20,000 nt of DNA from an uncultured virus (IMG/VR IMGVR_UViG_3300028394_000074). Lineage: Duplodnaviria > Heunggongvirae > Uroviricota > Caudoviricetes. The DNA is taken from positions 47,825 through 67,824 of the IMG/VR virus record IMGVR_UViG_3300028394_000074, one strand, 5' to 3'. Numbering within the stretch: position 1 is the stretch's first letter; every line of letters begins with the position of its first letter. Positions 1 through 9,554 of the stretch are shown here, piece by piece. Under the pieces are notes generated by a model that worked only from the letters and a program-made list of their open reading frames with translations, searched no databases and had not been told where the DNA came from. The position numbers and the translations under genes were made by a program.

Positions 1-470
1 TCGGCGTAGTTTTTTAAATTTTGGTAATCATAAATAGACAAAGGCACACCATTAAATGTGTAGCCACTGTCTTGTCCTCTTGCGGCTTTTACATCACCGC
101 CTTGAGGTTGTGTGCCAGCTTGTGGCATTGCTCCTGTCTGACCAAAACCAGATTTAATAGAGCCAAGTTGTTGTCTCATTAAGTCAGCTTGCGCTGTGAG
201 CATGCCAATGTTTTGTAATTCTTGAGCTTCTTTAGCCCGCTTTTCACCAAGCATAGTAACACCAGCTTCTGGATGATACGCTGTACGAGCAACCATTTCA
301 TCTAGATTGCCTTGAAGTGCTTTCCAAGGGCTACTTAATTCAGCAGCACGACGCTGTAAGTTTTGTAAAATTTCAGACGAATTAGGAGACGCAGCAATAG
401 TCTCAGCATTGTATTCTGCTGTTGATTTTGGTCTTGGTTGTAATGCGTCTAGTGGTTGTGTATCTGCCAT
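1..470 (-). CDS. Putative internal virion/ejection protein, 3' end outside window (not in ORF track)
   Basis: ATG at 470-468, 1 nt after the upstream TAA, with AAGGAG upstream; my translation MADTQPLDALQPRPKSTAEYNAETIAASPNSSEILQNLQRRAAELSSPWKALQ... is open to position 1 (156 codons). Gln/Ala-rich and helical-looking; function from position only. Confidence 0.65.
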   Translation of the reverse strand, partial: MADTQPLDALQPRPKSTAEYNAETIAASPNSSEILQNLQRRAAELSSPWKALQGNLDEMVARTAYHPEAGVTMLGEKRAKEAQELQNIGMLTAQADLMRQQLGSIKSGFGQTGAMPQAGTQPQGGDVKAARGQDSGYTFNGVPLSIYDYQNLKNYA

Positions 471-471
471 A

Positions 472-1440
472 TTAACCTACCTCTCCTTGACTTAAACTAG
501 TATCAGTACCTGGCAATGGATTGTATGTAGTATTACCACCCGTTGGATCTAATATTCCCATATTTACATTAGCTGCTGTTTGATTTGCAGCTGCTTGAGA
601 TGCCGCATCTGAACCACCAAAAATGCTATTCCAAGATGGTAATAAACCAGGTGGTATATAACCAGAAGTTCCTGGTGTCCCAGCTCCTTTACCAAATATA
701 CTATTTAATAAATTAGTACCCACTGATGGCAAACCAGCCAGTGTGCTAACCATTTGTAATGGGGATTGTTGATTTTGTTGCGATACAGTTGCGGGAACAT
801 TGACTGAATTAATCAAGTTAGAATAGTTAGTAGCACCTTGGAATGGAGCATTCATTTGTGCTGCGCCTGTTGTCAAGCCAGCGGTAATACCTTGTGCGCC
901 TACATTGCCTAATGCACCACCAGCGGTAGCACCAGTTTGTTGGTTTTGTAATGCGGCTTGCATTTGTTGGGCTTGTAATGTAGACAGTGCATTTGTCTTA
1001 GCAGTGTCAACCGCTGTTTGGGCACGCAAACCACCAAAACCACCAGAACCAATTCCAGAAGCTTGTGTTGGCGCAATAGCTGTTGGCATAAGTTGATTTA
1101 ATTGCTGGTTTTGTGCTTGAAATAAACCACCCAAAGCTGTTTGAGTATTAGGACTAACTTGACCAGTTACTGGATCAGTAATCCAAGGATTGGCTGCACC
1201 TTGAGCAATGGTATTTAAACTACCTTGTGCTTGGGTAAAAGGATTAGCTTGACCTTGAAGGGTATTAACAGCGCCTTGAGCTGTTGTATTCCCAAATGTG
1301 GGTGCTTGTCCTAACGCACTACCAGCTTGGTTAACAACATTTTGTTGCGCTGTATCGTACCAAGATGGTAGTGTCGTTTGTACCTGATTAGTACTTGACA
1401 GTATATTGTTTAATCCGGAGGAGTTTGTTGTCCCAGCCAT
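472..1440 (-). CDS. Putative DNA ejection/pilot-type internal virion protein (Gln/Gly/Ala/Thr-rich)
   Basis: 322 aa; TAATG overlap with upstream gene; low charge, Q/G/A/T-rich, 'TTLPSWY' N-terminal and 'GSGGFGGLR' segments of the kind seen in podovirus ejection proteins. Function is inference. Confidence 0.6.
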   Translation of the reverse strand: MAGTTNSSGLNNILSSTNQVQTTLPSWYDTAQQNVVNQAGSALGQAPTFGNTTAQGAVNTLQGQANPFTQAQGSLNTIAQGAANPWITDPVTGQVSPNTQTALGGLFQAQNQQLNQLMPTAIAPTQASGIGSGGFGGLRAQTAVDTAKTNALSTLQAQQMQAALQNQQTGATAGGALGNVGAQGITAGLTTGAAQMNAPFQGATNYSNLINSVNVPATVSQQNQQSPLQMVSTLAGLPSVGTNLLNSIFGKGAGTPGTSGYIPPGLLPSWNSIFGGSDAASQAAANQTAANVNMGILDPTGGNTTYNPLPGTDTSLSQGEVG

Positions 1441-4400
1441 TATTTTTTCACCTTACGTTTTGCTTCTAATAAATAACCCAATGCACCTTTGCTATCTAAA
1501 GACCGATGCTTGGTGTCATGTTTTTGTTTTTGTGATTTGATTGCTTTTAAAAATGAATCTAATACTTTAGCGCCTTGATCATTACTACCATTTCCCAATG
1601 CTGAAACTACATTGGCTGGAATTACAAATTCACCATTTGATAACATCGCTGGAATACTATCGCTTGTTCCAGTACCGGGGCCTTGCACATACTTGTTTTG
1701 CATAGATCCAAGACCACCCTCGCTGTAAAACTGAGGATTAAAACCTTGAGGAATAGATCCTCCATCAGCTTTACTAGGTATTGGATATAATGGTATACCA
1801 CCCAAACCAAATAGATTGGCGTGTTGAGTTTGTTTACCACGCATTAATACGGGTTTTAAAGATAAATCATCGTCAGCTTTACCGCCAGTAGCAAGATGCA
1901 TTATACCACCATCGGCTGCGTTTTCAATTTCTTCCAAAGAGTTTGGATTAGGAGCTGGAGTAGCATAACTAACTGTTGGTACATTAAAGCTACCTAAAGG
2001 AGAAGCAATTTGCGATCCTTTTACAAAAGTACCTTTTGGTGCCGTTGGTGCTGTGGTTGCTAAAGAAGATAATCCTGCTGATGTGCCTGTTCCTAATTTT
2101 AAACCAGCTAAAGCAGCAGCTAACCCAGCGGCAGTTAAACCCGCTGTTGCACCACTACTACCAGTTGTTGATGTTGTGCCACCACTGGTTGTACCACCAG
2201 CTACTGTACCGCCACCATCAGTGGTACCACCAGCTACTGTACCGCCACCATCAGCTACTGTACCGCCACCACCAGCTACTGTGCCGCCACCATCAGTTGT
2301 GCCACCAGCTACTGTGCCACTACCATCAGTTGTGCCACCAGCTACTGTGCCACTACCAGTTGTTGTACCAGCTACTGTACCGCCACCATCAGTTGTGCCA
2401 CCAGCTACTGTGCCACTACCAGTTGTTGTACCACTAGTACCAGTTTCAGTAGGTAGGTTACTAATAATATCCGTAGGAGTAAGGGCTGTTGGCGTTTCTG
2501 TAGGTAGATTATTTACTGGAGCATTAACAGTTTCTACTGGAGTAGGTGTTACTGGAGCATTAACAGTTTCTACTGGAGTAGGTGTTACTGGAGCATTAAC
2601 AGTTTCTACTGGAGTAGGTGTTACTGGAGCATTAACAGTTTCTACTGGAGTAGGTGTTGGTGTTACAGGCAGAGCACCAGTTTCTACTGGAGTAGGTGTT
2701 GGTGTTACAGGCAGAGCACCAGTTTCTACTGGAGTAGGTGTTGGTGTTACAGGCAGAGCACCAGTTTCTACTGGAGTAGGGGCATTATCCGTTGGTAAAT
2801 TGCTAAGAATATCAATTGGTGAAACACCAGCATCCGTAGGTTGTGAAGTCGAATTTAAAATCTCTCCGGTATTTGGATCTGAAACAACTATACTACCATC
2901 ACCCATTGTTTCCGTAACAGTACCATCGGAGTTTTTAGTAGTATCAACCACAGTTTGTGATGGATCTTCTGCCACTGGCGTTTGAATGGGCACATATGGA
3001 ATAGGCGAACCACCACCAACATCAGTCATTGTGGGTGGAGCTCCTTCAACTGTTACATTTGCAGCAGTTTGACTCCCTGTAGTTGGTGGTTGATCTGGGT
3101 TAGCAAACGCATCAGCTAATTGATTGTAATATGAATCCGCTGTAGCGCTATTGGTTGGGGCTTGCATTGTGGCTACACCAGGAGACCAATTACTTGCTAA
3201 TTGACCCTGTGAAATTTGATCTAAACCATGAAGATCATTAGCAATCACATTAGAAGTTTTAGCTAAATCTGCGTTGGTGTTAGAGTAATCAGTTAACGCT
3301 GTTTTTAAACCATCCGAACTTGTTGTAAACGCTGTATATAAAGGTTCAATACTGGTTTTATATACATTAGCTAAATTTTGATTTGCTGTATCATAAGCAG
3401 CATATGCAGTATTAAATTGTGGTATTAAACTATTTAGTTGTGGTGCAAGACTGTTTGCTAAATCGTACGATGTTTTATCAGTTCTACCAGAAGCATCATA
3501 TTTTGCAACAGCACTATCATATTGTTTTTGTATTGGAACAACTTGATCGTACAAAGTTTTTGCGGTAGTTGCTAATTGTGTTGTATTGTCACGAAGATCA
3601 TTATATCCAGTTTTACTAATAGCATCAGATAACGCCATTTTATCTGTTTGATTTTGAGAATAAATACCATTTGCTTTATTTGCTGCATCGGCTAAACTAG
3701 CTTGTTGTTCAGCCAATGTTGGATAATATTTAGCTAAATCGTCAGAAATTTTATCCGATTGGTTTTTTAAATACTGCGATGCTATATCCATAGTCATCGG
3801 ACCTTCAATACCAGCCAATGAAACAGTGCCATTGGGGGTTGGGGTACTGTAGTCGTGGATAGTAGCGGGTTCCGCACTAGCCGATGGAGCTGTTAATAAA
3901 CCTTTTCCTGCGTTTATACCAGCGCCTAAACCCATTCCTAAAGTAGAACCAATTGCTGCGTTTTCAGCACCAGTTAATACATCACCGCCAGTAGCTCCCG
4001 CTTTTGCTGCACCGACTCCCGTGCTTGCTAATATTTTAGATATGTTAGGATCAATACCAGCTTGTGTTAAACCAGTTGATGCCTGATTACCTAAATACGA
4101 AAGTCCTGTATTTAATGCAGTGTTGGCTAACATTGTCGAAGGATTTGCACCAGAAGCTAAACTTTTACTAGCAGATAATATTGCACTGCTTAACGCTGGA
4201 CTATTAATACCATATTGCGCTAAAGTTTGACCAATACCACTTAATGATGCACCAGTAAGACCACCCATTAATGCACCAGTTAATGCGCCTTTTAAAGGAT
4301 CTGTTCCTCTTATTAAGCTATTAACAGTGCCCATACCGCCACCATATAATGAACCACTACCTGCACTACTTAAAAGTTGTGATGCTACGGATGGTGTAAG

Positions 4401-4874
4401 TGAATTTATTCCTGTGTAGCCTAATTCACCATATGTTGGTCCCATGGCACCGGGCCCCAAACCTGTATAGCCTAATTCAGCATATGTTGGCCCCATGGCA
4501 CCAGCACCAACACCAGTAAGGGCAGCGGCACCAGAACCACCAGCGGATCCCACAGTAGCACCTGCAGATCCAGCGGCAGAACCACTGGCAGAATATCCTG
4601 CAGCATAGTCAGCTGCTTCTAAAGCTGGTGCGGCTTCTGCCAAAAAAGCAGCCATATATGGTGCTGCTATAGCTAATGCGGCAACACCTAAAGTTGCCCA
4701 ACCACCAGGGATGTTGTCGCCAACCGCTTTGTCTAACTGAGCACCGGCTTTACCAATAGCAGGACCAGGATCAATTTTAGCTAAAGCGCCCAATACTCCA
4801 CCACCACTGCCGTCTGTTCCTAGGGCTTTTGATACCGTATCAGTTATTGCACTAAATGGATTTACGCCGCTCAT
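1440..4874 (-). CDS. Large putative internal virion/ejection protein with hydrophobic N-region, helical middle, Pro/Thr and Gly/Thr repeats and C-terminal GPGTGTSDSIPAMLSNGEFV motif
   Basis: 1144 aa; ATGA overlap with upstream ORF; hydrophobic WATLGVAALAIAAPYMAAFL; Gly/Ala-rich amphipathic stretches; the SDSIPAMLSNGEFV motif is one I recognise from phage tape-measure/ejected proteins. Confidence 0.6.
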   Translation of the reverse strand: MSGVNPFSAITDTVSKALGTDGSGGGVLGALAKIDPGPAIGKAGAQLDKAVGDNIPGGWATLGVAALAIAAPYMAAFLAEAAPALEAADYAAGYSASGSAAGSAGATVGSAGGSGAAALTGVGAGAMGPTYAELGYTGLGPGAMGPTYGELGYTGINSLTPSVASQLLSSAGSGSLYGGGMGTVNSLIRGTDPLKGALTGALMGGLTGASLSGIGQTLAQYGINSPALSSAILSASKSLASGANPSTMLANTALNTGLSYLGNQASTGLTQAGIDPNISKILASTGVGAAKAGATGGDVLTGAENAAIGSTLGMGLGAGINAGKGLLTAPSASAEPATIHDYSTPTPNGTVSLAGIEGPMTMDIASQYLKNQSDKISDDLAKYYPTLAEQQASLADAANKANGIYSQNQTDKMALSDAISKTGYNDLRDNTTQLATTAKTLYDQVVPIQKQYDSAVAKYDASGRTDKTSYDLANSLAPQLNSLIPQFNTAYAAYDTANQNLANVYKTSIEPLYTAFTTSSDGLKTALTDYSNTNADLAKTSNVIANDLHGLDQISQGQLASNWSPGVATMQAPTNSATADSYYNQLADAFANPDQPPTTGSQTAANVTVEGAPPTMTDVGGGSPIPYVPIQTPVAEDPSQTVVDTTKNSDGTVTETMGDGSIVVSDPNTGEILNSTSQPTDAGVSPIDILSNLPTDNAPTPVETGALPVTPTPTPVETGALPVTPTPTPVETGALPVTPTPTPVETVNAPVTPTPVETVNAPVTPTPVETVNAPVTPTPVETVNAPVNNLPTETPTALTPTDIISNLPTETGTSGTTTGSGTVAGGTTDGGGTVAGTTTGSGTVAGGTTDGSGTVAGGTTDGGGTVAGGGGTVADGGGTVAGGTTDGGGTVAGGTTSGGTTSTTGSSGATAGLTAAGLAAALAGLKLGTGTSAGLSSLATTAPTAPKGTFVKGSQIASPLGSFNVPTVSYATPAPNPNSLEEIENAADGGIMHLATGGKADDDLSLKPVLMRGKQTQHANLFGLGGIPLYPIPSKADGGSIPQGFNPQFYSEGGLGSMQNKYVQGPGTGTSDSIPAMLSNGEFVIPANVVSALGNGSNDQGAKVLDSFLKAIKSQKQKHDTKHRSLDSKGALGYLLEAKRKVKK
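2190..2432. repeat. Imperfect coding repeat encoding GGTTDG(G/S)GTVA-like units
   Basis: Recurrent ccaccagctactgt(a/g)cc(g/a)c on + strand; protein repeats GTVAGGTTDGGG. Boundaries approximate. Confidence 0.85.
2513..2780. repeat. Coding tandem repeat: 4 x 36 nt followed by ~3 x 42 nt (PVTPTPVETVNA / PVTPTPTPVETGAL)
   Basis: 36-nt unit ttactggagcattaacagtttctactggagtaggtg at 2513, 2549, 2585, 2621; 42-nt unit at 2657, 2699, 2741 (last one 2 nt short). Confidence 0.95.
4411..4502. repeat. Two-copy coding duplication, 51-nt period (GAMGPTY(A/G)ELGYTG)
   Basis: Near-identical 41-nt blocks at 4411-4451 and 4462-4502. Confidence 0.9.
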
Positions 4875-5251
4875 AAGTCAGCCATCCATTTATAACGCTC
4901 AATGTTTGAATTTTGTATTTTTAAACCAAGGCTAGTTAATAGCTGTAATGTTTTTTGTAAAATAGGACCGCCGTCTTCACCATACACGCGTTTAAATCCA
5001 CCTTTTTTGGTTTCTTTAATAAAGTGTTGCATGGCGCTTTTTACTTTTTGTGGGGTATCGCAAGTGAAAAAATTAATTTCTCCACAGCCTTTTCCCAAGT
5101 TTATTAAAAACAAAACAGAGTCATTAAATTGTATAACTATTGCCTGATGTTTATTTTTCATTGCCACCATCGTTTCCAATAGACGAGCAGTGTCTTCTTG
5201 GCTATGGCCAAAACGTTTCTGGTCTTCGGTAATAATCTCAGATGGTGTCAT
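4871..5251 (-). CDS. Hypothetical protein, possibly GNAT-like fold (position of P22 gp14 / T7 gp13)
   Basis: 126 aa; lies between nozzle-like gene and ejection-like genes; C-terminal GFKRVYG...LLTSLGLK loosely resembles the end of a GNAT fold. Weak functional support. Confidence 0.45.
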   Translation of the reverse strand: MTPSEIITEDQKRFGHSQEDTARLLETMVAMKNKHQAIVIQFNDSVLFLINLGKGCGEINFFTCDTPQKVKSAMQHFIKETKKGGFKRVYGEDGGPILQKTLQLLTSLGLKIQNSNIERYKWMADL

Positions 5252-5253
5252 AG

Positions 5254-5292
5254 TCTATTTATACTAATACGCAGTTTTGGAGTTTTGTGCCC
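5254..5292 (-). promoter_or_regulatory. Putative phage late promoter, copy 1 (degenerate)
   Basis: Intergenic GGGCACAAA-N13-GTATTAGTATAAATAGA aligns without gaps to the copy at 11001-11039 (13/17 in downstream box, 8/9 in upstream box). Confidence 0.6.
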
Positions 5293-5296
5293 TAAA

Positions 5297-5563
5297 TCAA
5301 CGACTTGGGCCGTTGATTGATAATGCTAAGTCTCTAGCCCAATCCTGCCAGTTTTCATAATTTGCTGGGTCAGATACTGGGTACGCCGAAAAGGTTTGTA
5401 GCTGTGCTATCTGTGAGGCGATGGTTTTCCAGTCGTCCTCTATACTTGTGCCAATTGGCTCTTGTCCATAGTAAATGATAAAATTACCATTCCAATCTTC
5501 CCAGCTCATGTAATCTGGAGAAAACGGAAAAAATGCTTCAGTTTTACGGACGCTCATCACCAA
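5297..5563 (-). CDS. Small Trp-rich hypothetical virion protein
   Basis: 88 aa ORF (true start may be the ATG two codons in), overlaps 3' end of nozzle-like gene; repeated WEDW / WQDW motifs. Confidence 0.6.
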   Translation of the reverse strand: MVMSVRKTEAFFPFSPDYMSWEDWNGNFIIYYGQEPIGTSIEDDWKTIASQIAQLQTFSAYPVSDPANYENWQDWARDLALSINGPSR

Positions 5564-7670
5564 ACTCAGCAGTAATTAGGTTACGCCCCATCTCGTAGTT
5601 ACCATCAATGTCGTTAGAAACAAATTGTAAACGAACTAAGCGGTGCTCTACTCGTAGGTCAATCTTACCAGTTTCTTGGGTAAAGTAGTACGGGCCAGAG
5701 TTTTCTTCGTACTGACCAGATGCAAACTTACGTCCTAAAATAGTCATCGCCATGGTGCCAGATTGTAAAAAGTTAGGCTCAACGCGGCGTAAGTGCATAC
5801 GACGATTGATTCCCATAAAGCTCTCTTGGCTTGGTGTACCAGTTAACCAACTAATATCGTTAGTAGTAATGCTGGAGTACACAGCTAGTTCGTTTTGCGG
5901 AGTTACTTGGTTTAGTCCATGCTCATGTTGCCAAATTGTGTAGCCACCAGAAATAGGGAACACTAACGTGCCAGCGGGTACGGAGACAGTAATTGCTGTT
6001 GCCAATGTGACTAACGTGGAGTTGTATGTAAAGTCAAAAACACTGGCAGTTACATCATAAACTTTTCTTGGGTCGTTTAAGTCAGTAGAAAACACAACGT
6101 GACTACCTGGAGGTAGTGTTCCAGAAATGTTTCCTTCTAAGTAAAATTGACTTGATGTCGGTGCTGGTGCACCTACTGGTGTTGTAATAATTGTGTCTGG
6201 GTTACTAACTGTTGTATCGTACTCCCAACCAGCCCAAATAGGCGTTGGAAATAACTCAGTAGTGTAGCCACAAGAACGACGAGCACCAATAGCAGAACCT
6301 GCGTCATACCACAACTTATCTTTTACATTGTAAATAATAGCATCGGTACACTCAGTTGCCGTGCCTCTAGGATAGAAAAACCAAATCTCGTTGTACCTTG
6401 GAACCTTGGTAGCCCAAACTTTTTGACGTTGTGTATAGTTAATGTTATCAAATAACCAGTTTACGTTCTTGTCGTTTGGCAATACTTGCACAGTACCACC
6501 GTACAAGTAAAATCTATCAACACCCATCCAGAAGAATATGCCATCCATTTCAACGACAGCGTTGGACGACATGATAGAGATTTGGCTAGAAACAATGTCA
6601 TAAGACCAATATACTTGTGTAGCTTGTGAGTTAAACGACACACGAATTAAGCTGTCAGTAGACCAAAACAAGCCAGACGGTGCGTTAGTACCACCACGCA
6701 TTGGCATACCTTTAACAATCTTTGATGAAGATACGTTTACTTGGTTAGCTAGTGGACCGTTCCAGTCGTATAAGGTTTGCTCGTTGTAAACATTGCTTAC
6801 ATTATTGTTGGCAATATATCCATGCGATCCATACACAAAGATAAATGGGTATAGTACACAAACACCACCATCTACAGAAATAGTTTGGTATGTTGGGTTT
6901 TGACCAGCACTGTCAGATAGTCCAGTAAAATTAAATTGATTATTCGGATCTGGAGATACATTACCCACTAATATTTGAGACTCAACACCGCTGTCAATGT
7001 TTTGTAAGTTTAAGCCAGGGTGAGCAATTAAATTTAATGTTCCACCCGATGGGCTAAACTGCGCATCAAATTGCCAGTTATTTCTATCATCCGCTGTAAA
7101 TAAAGTGCCTTTTAACCAGGTCTGCGTAATGGTTCCTGCAGGAGCCGCTGGACTAAATATAATAGTCGTGCTATTTGTGACCCCACCAGTGTACGTTGCT
7201 GAACTAACAGTATAGGCTGTTGCAACACTAGAATTGGTAAAAATAATTTCTTCGCCAGCAGCAAATACTGCAGTGCCGTCACCAGCAATAGTAATTTGTG
7301 TAGTAGTATTTGCAGTTACCGTAGCCTGAACAATTCCGGGTAACATGTTGGCAATGTACGGGCCACTACCAGAGCCATAAGTTGTTCCAGTGGTAAATAC
7401 ATCTAAAGTATCAGCAGTTCCAGCAAAAACATAGTTAACACCATTGTACGGAATGTTAATCATGCCGCGGTAGATGCCATTAAAACTAGTGAACAATGTG
7501 GCAAAGCCACCTATTTTCTTAGGGTCGCCACGTTGAAAACGGCACCATACGCCGTCGGTGTACTGATCAGCTTGGAACACGGTACCGTCGCGTTTAATTC
7601 CAGGCTGTACTACTAGGCTGTAAATCCTTGTGTACTGCGACATGTCCTGTTGCTGATTATCAGCCGCCAT
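5544..7670 (-). CDS. Putative tail nozzle/stabilisation protein (P22 gp10 / T7 gp12-like role)
   Basis: 708 aa beta-rich; segments FFWMGVDRFYLYGGTVQVLP, NEIWFFYP, IIYNVKDKLWY typical of podovirus tail-hub beta-propellers; position after adaptor genes. Confidence 0.65.
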   Translation of the reverse strand: MAADNQQQDMSQYTRIYSLVVQPGIKRDGTVFQADQYTDGVWCRFQRGDPKKIGGFATLFTSFNGIYRGMINIPYNGVNYVFAGTADTLDVFTTGTTYGSGSGPYIANMLPGIVQATVTANTTTQITIAGDGTAVFAAGEEIIFTNSSVATAYTVSSATYTGGVTNSTTIIFSPAAPAGTITQTWLKGTLFTADDRNNWQFDAQFSPSGGTLNLIAHPGLNLQNIDSGVESQILVGNVSPDPNNQFNFTGLSDSAGQNPTYQTISVDGGVCVLYPFIFVYGSHGYIANNNVSNVYNEQTLYDWNGPLANQVNVSSSKIVKGMPMRGGTNAPSGLFWSTDSLIRVSFNSQATQVYWSYDIVSSQISIMSSNAVVEMDGIFFWMGVDRFYLYGGTVQVLPNDKNVNWLFDNINYTQRQKVWATKVPRYNEIWFFYPRGTATECTDAIIYNVKDKLWYDAGSAIGARRSCGYTTELFPTPIWAGWEYDTTVSNPDTIITTPVGAPAPTSSQFYLEGNISGTLPPGSHVVFSTDLNDPRKVYDVTASVFDFTYNSTLVTLATAITVSVPAGTLVFPISGGYTIWQHEHGLNQVTPQNELAVYSSITTNDISWLTGTPSQESFMGINRRMHLRRVEPNFLQSGTMAMTILGRKFASGQYEENSGPYYFTQETGKIDLRVEHRLVRLQFVSNDIDGNYEMGRNLITAEFGDERP

Positions 7671-8930
7671 TTAGAACGTTCCACCACTAATTAAGTCTGC
7701 TGTTAGTGTTGCATTAACTTTCATTTTTGGCAACAATGTGTTGGTGTTGTCCATGTATGCCATTTGAACACCATTGGCAGAAAAGCCAAGAATATTAGCG
7801 CCTACTAAGTACATGCCCGTGGTTGCGTCTGATATAAATGAATAGGACGGTGCTGCAGCAATGCCGTCAACGGCGTAGAAGAGGTTACTAGCCGTTGAAG
7901 TTAACAAGTACAAATTCTGGCTGTCACTTAAAACAGTGGCAATGTTGCCGGTAGTAACAACCAATGGTGGCTGTGCGCTACCTTGAATTTCAAACTCAAT
8001 ATTATAGTCTGCGTGACCTGTGTCATTTAAAAATATGTAAAGTTGTGTAGTAGCGGGCAACGTAACAGTTAGTGTTGTTGAGCGACTACCAGTCTGTGCA
8101 ATGTAAGTTTGAATAATTGGCGCAAACGTTACTAAGCTAAACGTAGATCCAACAATAGAGTCAACGTCATAGGTTGCTGAAGTAAATGTTATGTTTGCTG
8201 GAGCGGCCAAGCCAACGGTTATAAAATTACCAGTGTTAACATCAAAAACAATAAACCCAGAATCGCCAGGGTTTGCTGTAACGCTACTAACGCCGTTGAT
8301 TGTGTTTGGTGAAGGTGCATTGATAGCCAACGCACCAGTTCCATTGTTTCTAAATCCAATGTACCAACCAGTTGAAAGAGACGCAATTGTTGGTAATGTA
8401 AATGTGCCAGCGCCACTGTTCCAAGAAAAAGTAGAGGCACGACTTGCGTCGTTAATTGTTGGGCTTGTGGTTACATTTACAATGTTTTGTGTGGTCGCTA
8501 ATTGACCAGCTATGGTAGCTAAACCGGCGCCTTGAAGAGTTGCTGCGTCAGCGTACGATGTGCCCGCACCGAACTCAATGCTATCCCAAACACCACCCAC
8601 AGAGCTATTATCAGTAAGGTATACATAACGAGCCATGCCGACTGTGATTGTAATTGTCTGACCACCAGCCGCGTCTTCTAAAACAAAACTGTTTGCACCC
8701 AGGTTACGAATAAGAATGTCTTCACCTACAGAACCCTGAGTGGCATCTGGTAAACTAATGGTTAGGCCGCTAGTAGAGGCAACGCAGTCCATAATACGGG
8801 CAGAAGGTACTTGTGTAGGATTAACTACTGCAGGCCAATAAAGCTGAGTATCTTCACTAAACGACAGAGCGTAATACGATACGTCCGTTGGCTGGATAAC
8901 ATTGCCGGTAAATGGGGAAGTAAAAGTCAT
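7671..8930 (-). CDS. Putative short tail fibre / tail structural protein with three internal repeats
   Basis: 419 aa; three T-x-(S/T)-L-P...N repeats (GLTISLPD..IRNLG, GTFTLPT..FRNNG, LTVTLPA..FLNDTG) and C-terminal GIAAAPSYSFISDATTGMY, both common in phage tail fibres. Confidence 0.6.
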   Translation of the reverse strand: MTFTSPFTGNVIQPTDVSYYALSFSEDTQLYWPAVVNPTQVPSARIMDCVASTSGLTISLPDATQGSVGEDILIRNLGANSFVLEDAAGGQTITITVGMARYVYLTDNSSVGGVWDSIEFGAGTSYADAATLQGAGLATIAGQLATTQNIVNVTTSPTINDASRASTFSWNSGAGTFTLPTIASLSTGWYIGFRNNGTGALAINAPSPNTINGVSSVTANPGDSGFIVFDVNTGNFITVGLAAPANITFTSATYDVDSIVGSTFSLVTFAPIIQTYIAQTGSRSTTLTVTLPATTQLYIFLNDTGHADYNIEFEIQGSAQPPLVVTTGNIATVLSDSQNLYLLTSTASNLFYAVDGIAAAPSYSFISDATTGMYLVGANILGFSANGVQMAYMDNTNTLLPKMKVNATLTADLISGGTF

Positions 8931-8933
8931 ATA

Positions 8934-9554
8934 TTAAGGTTCCTGTACCGAAGTATTTCTGTCCACTCGGCGTGTATTGTCTTCTTTTTTCAAGGCGGCC
9001 AATGCGTCTGTATAGTAGCCCTTCCAAATAGGCAACTTATCTAATGCTTTTAAGTATCCTTGAGCTTGTAACAATGTGCCAAATAGCATTGCTTGAGGAG
9101 CTTCTCTAGTAAACAGATTTTGTTGATTGGATGTATCTAATGGTTGAATTTCACTGTAGTAAATAATTTCTACAGGATAGTCTGCGTCTGGTTCTGGAGC
9201 AAAAGCCCAATTATTGTAATCATACTCTCCATAATACAAGGGTACATTTGGGGTTGACTCAGACTGGTATTGTGCTATGTAGTCTTGTGAACGCATTAGC
9301 ATTGGCTTACCATTAGTCTTTAGTGAGACTGTTTTTCTCCAGCGGGCTGGCTTAGCAAGAACTACTTGGTTTTCAAGTAGTGTTGTTTCAACAACTGTCA
9401 ACTGCAACAAAGTCTTTAACTCGGCAGCAATAGCAGACTCAGCCAATCCAATTAGGTTAGGAATCTGAGCAACAAATTGAGCGTCGTTGCGCTCCATGTA
9501 GTTAATTACATCTTGTATGAGGTTATCATACGTCATCTGATATGCGCTGGTCAT
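8934..9554 (-). CDS. Putative head-tail adaptor protein
   Basis: 206 aa; pattern MTYDNL..DVINY.ER....IPNLI.LAE, FAPEPDADY.VEIIYY, APQAMLFGTL.QA..YLK matches podovirus adaptor-type proteins as I recall them; ATGA overlap. Confidence 0.6.
   Translation of the reverse strand: MTSAYQMTYDNLIQDVINYMERNDAQFVAQIPNLIGLAESAIAAELKTLLQLTVVETTLLENQVVLAKPARWRKTVSLKTNGKPMLMRSQDYIAQYQSESTPNVPLYYGEYDYNNWAFAPEPDADYPVEIIYYSEIQPLDTSNQQNLFTREAPQAMLFGTLLQAQGYLKALDKLPIWKGYYTDALAALKKEDNTRRVDRNTSVQEP

Noticed and set aside
2036..2985. Plus-strand 310-aa and 133-aa ORFs
   Set aside because: Antisense shadows of the Gly/Thr/Pro repeats; all credible genes are on the minus strand.
5256..5263. T4 gp55-type late promoter TATAAATA
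   Set aside because: Present in only one of three motif copies; the two identical copies read TAGATATA at that position.
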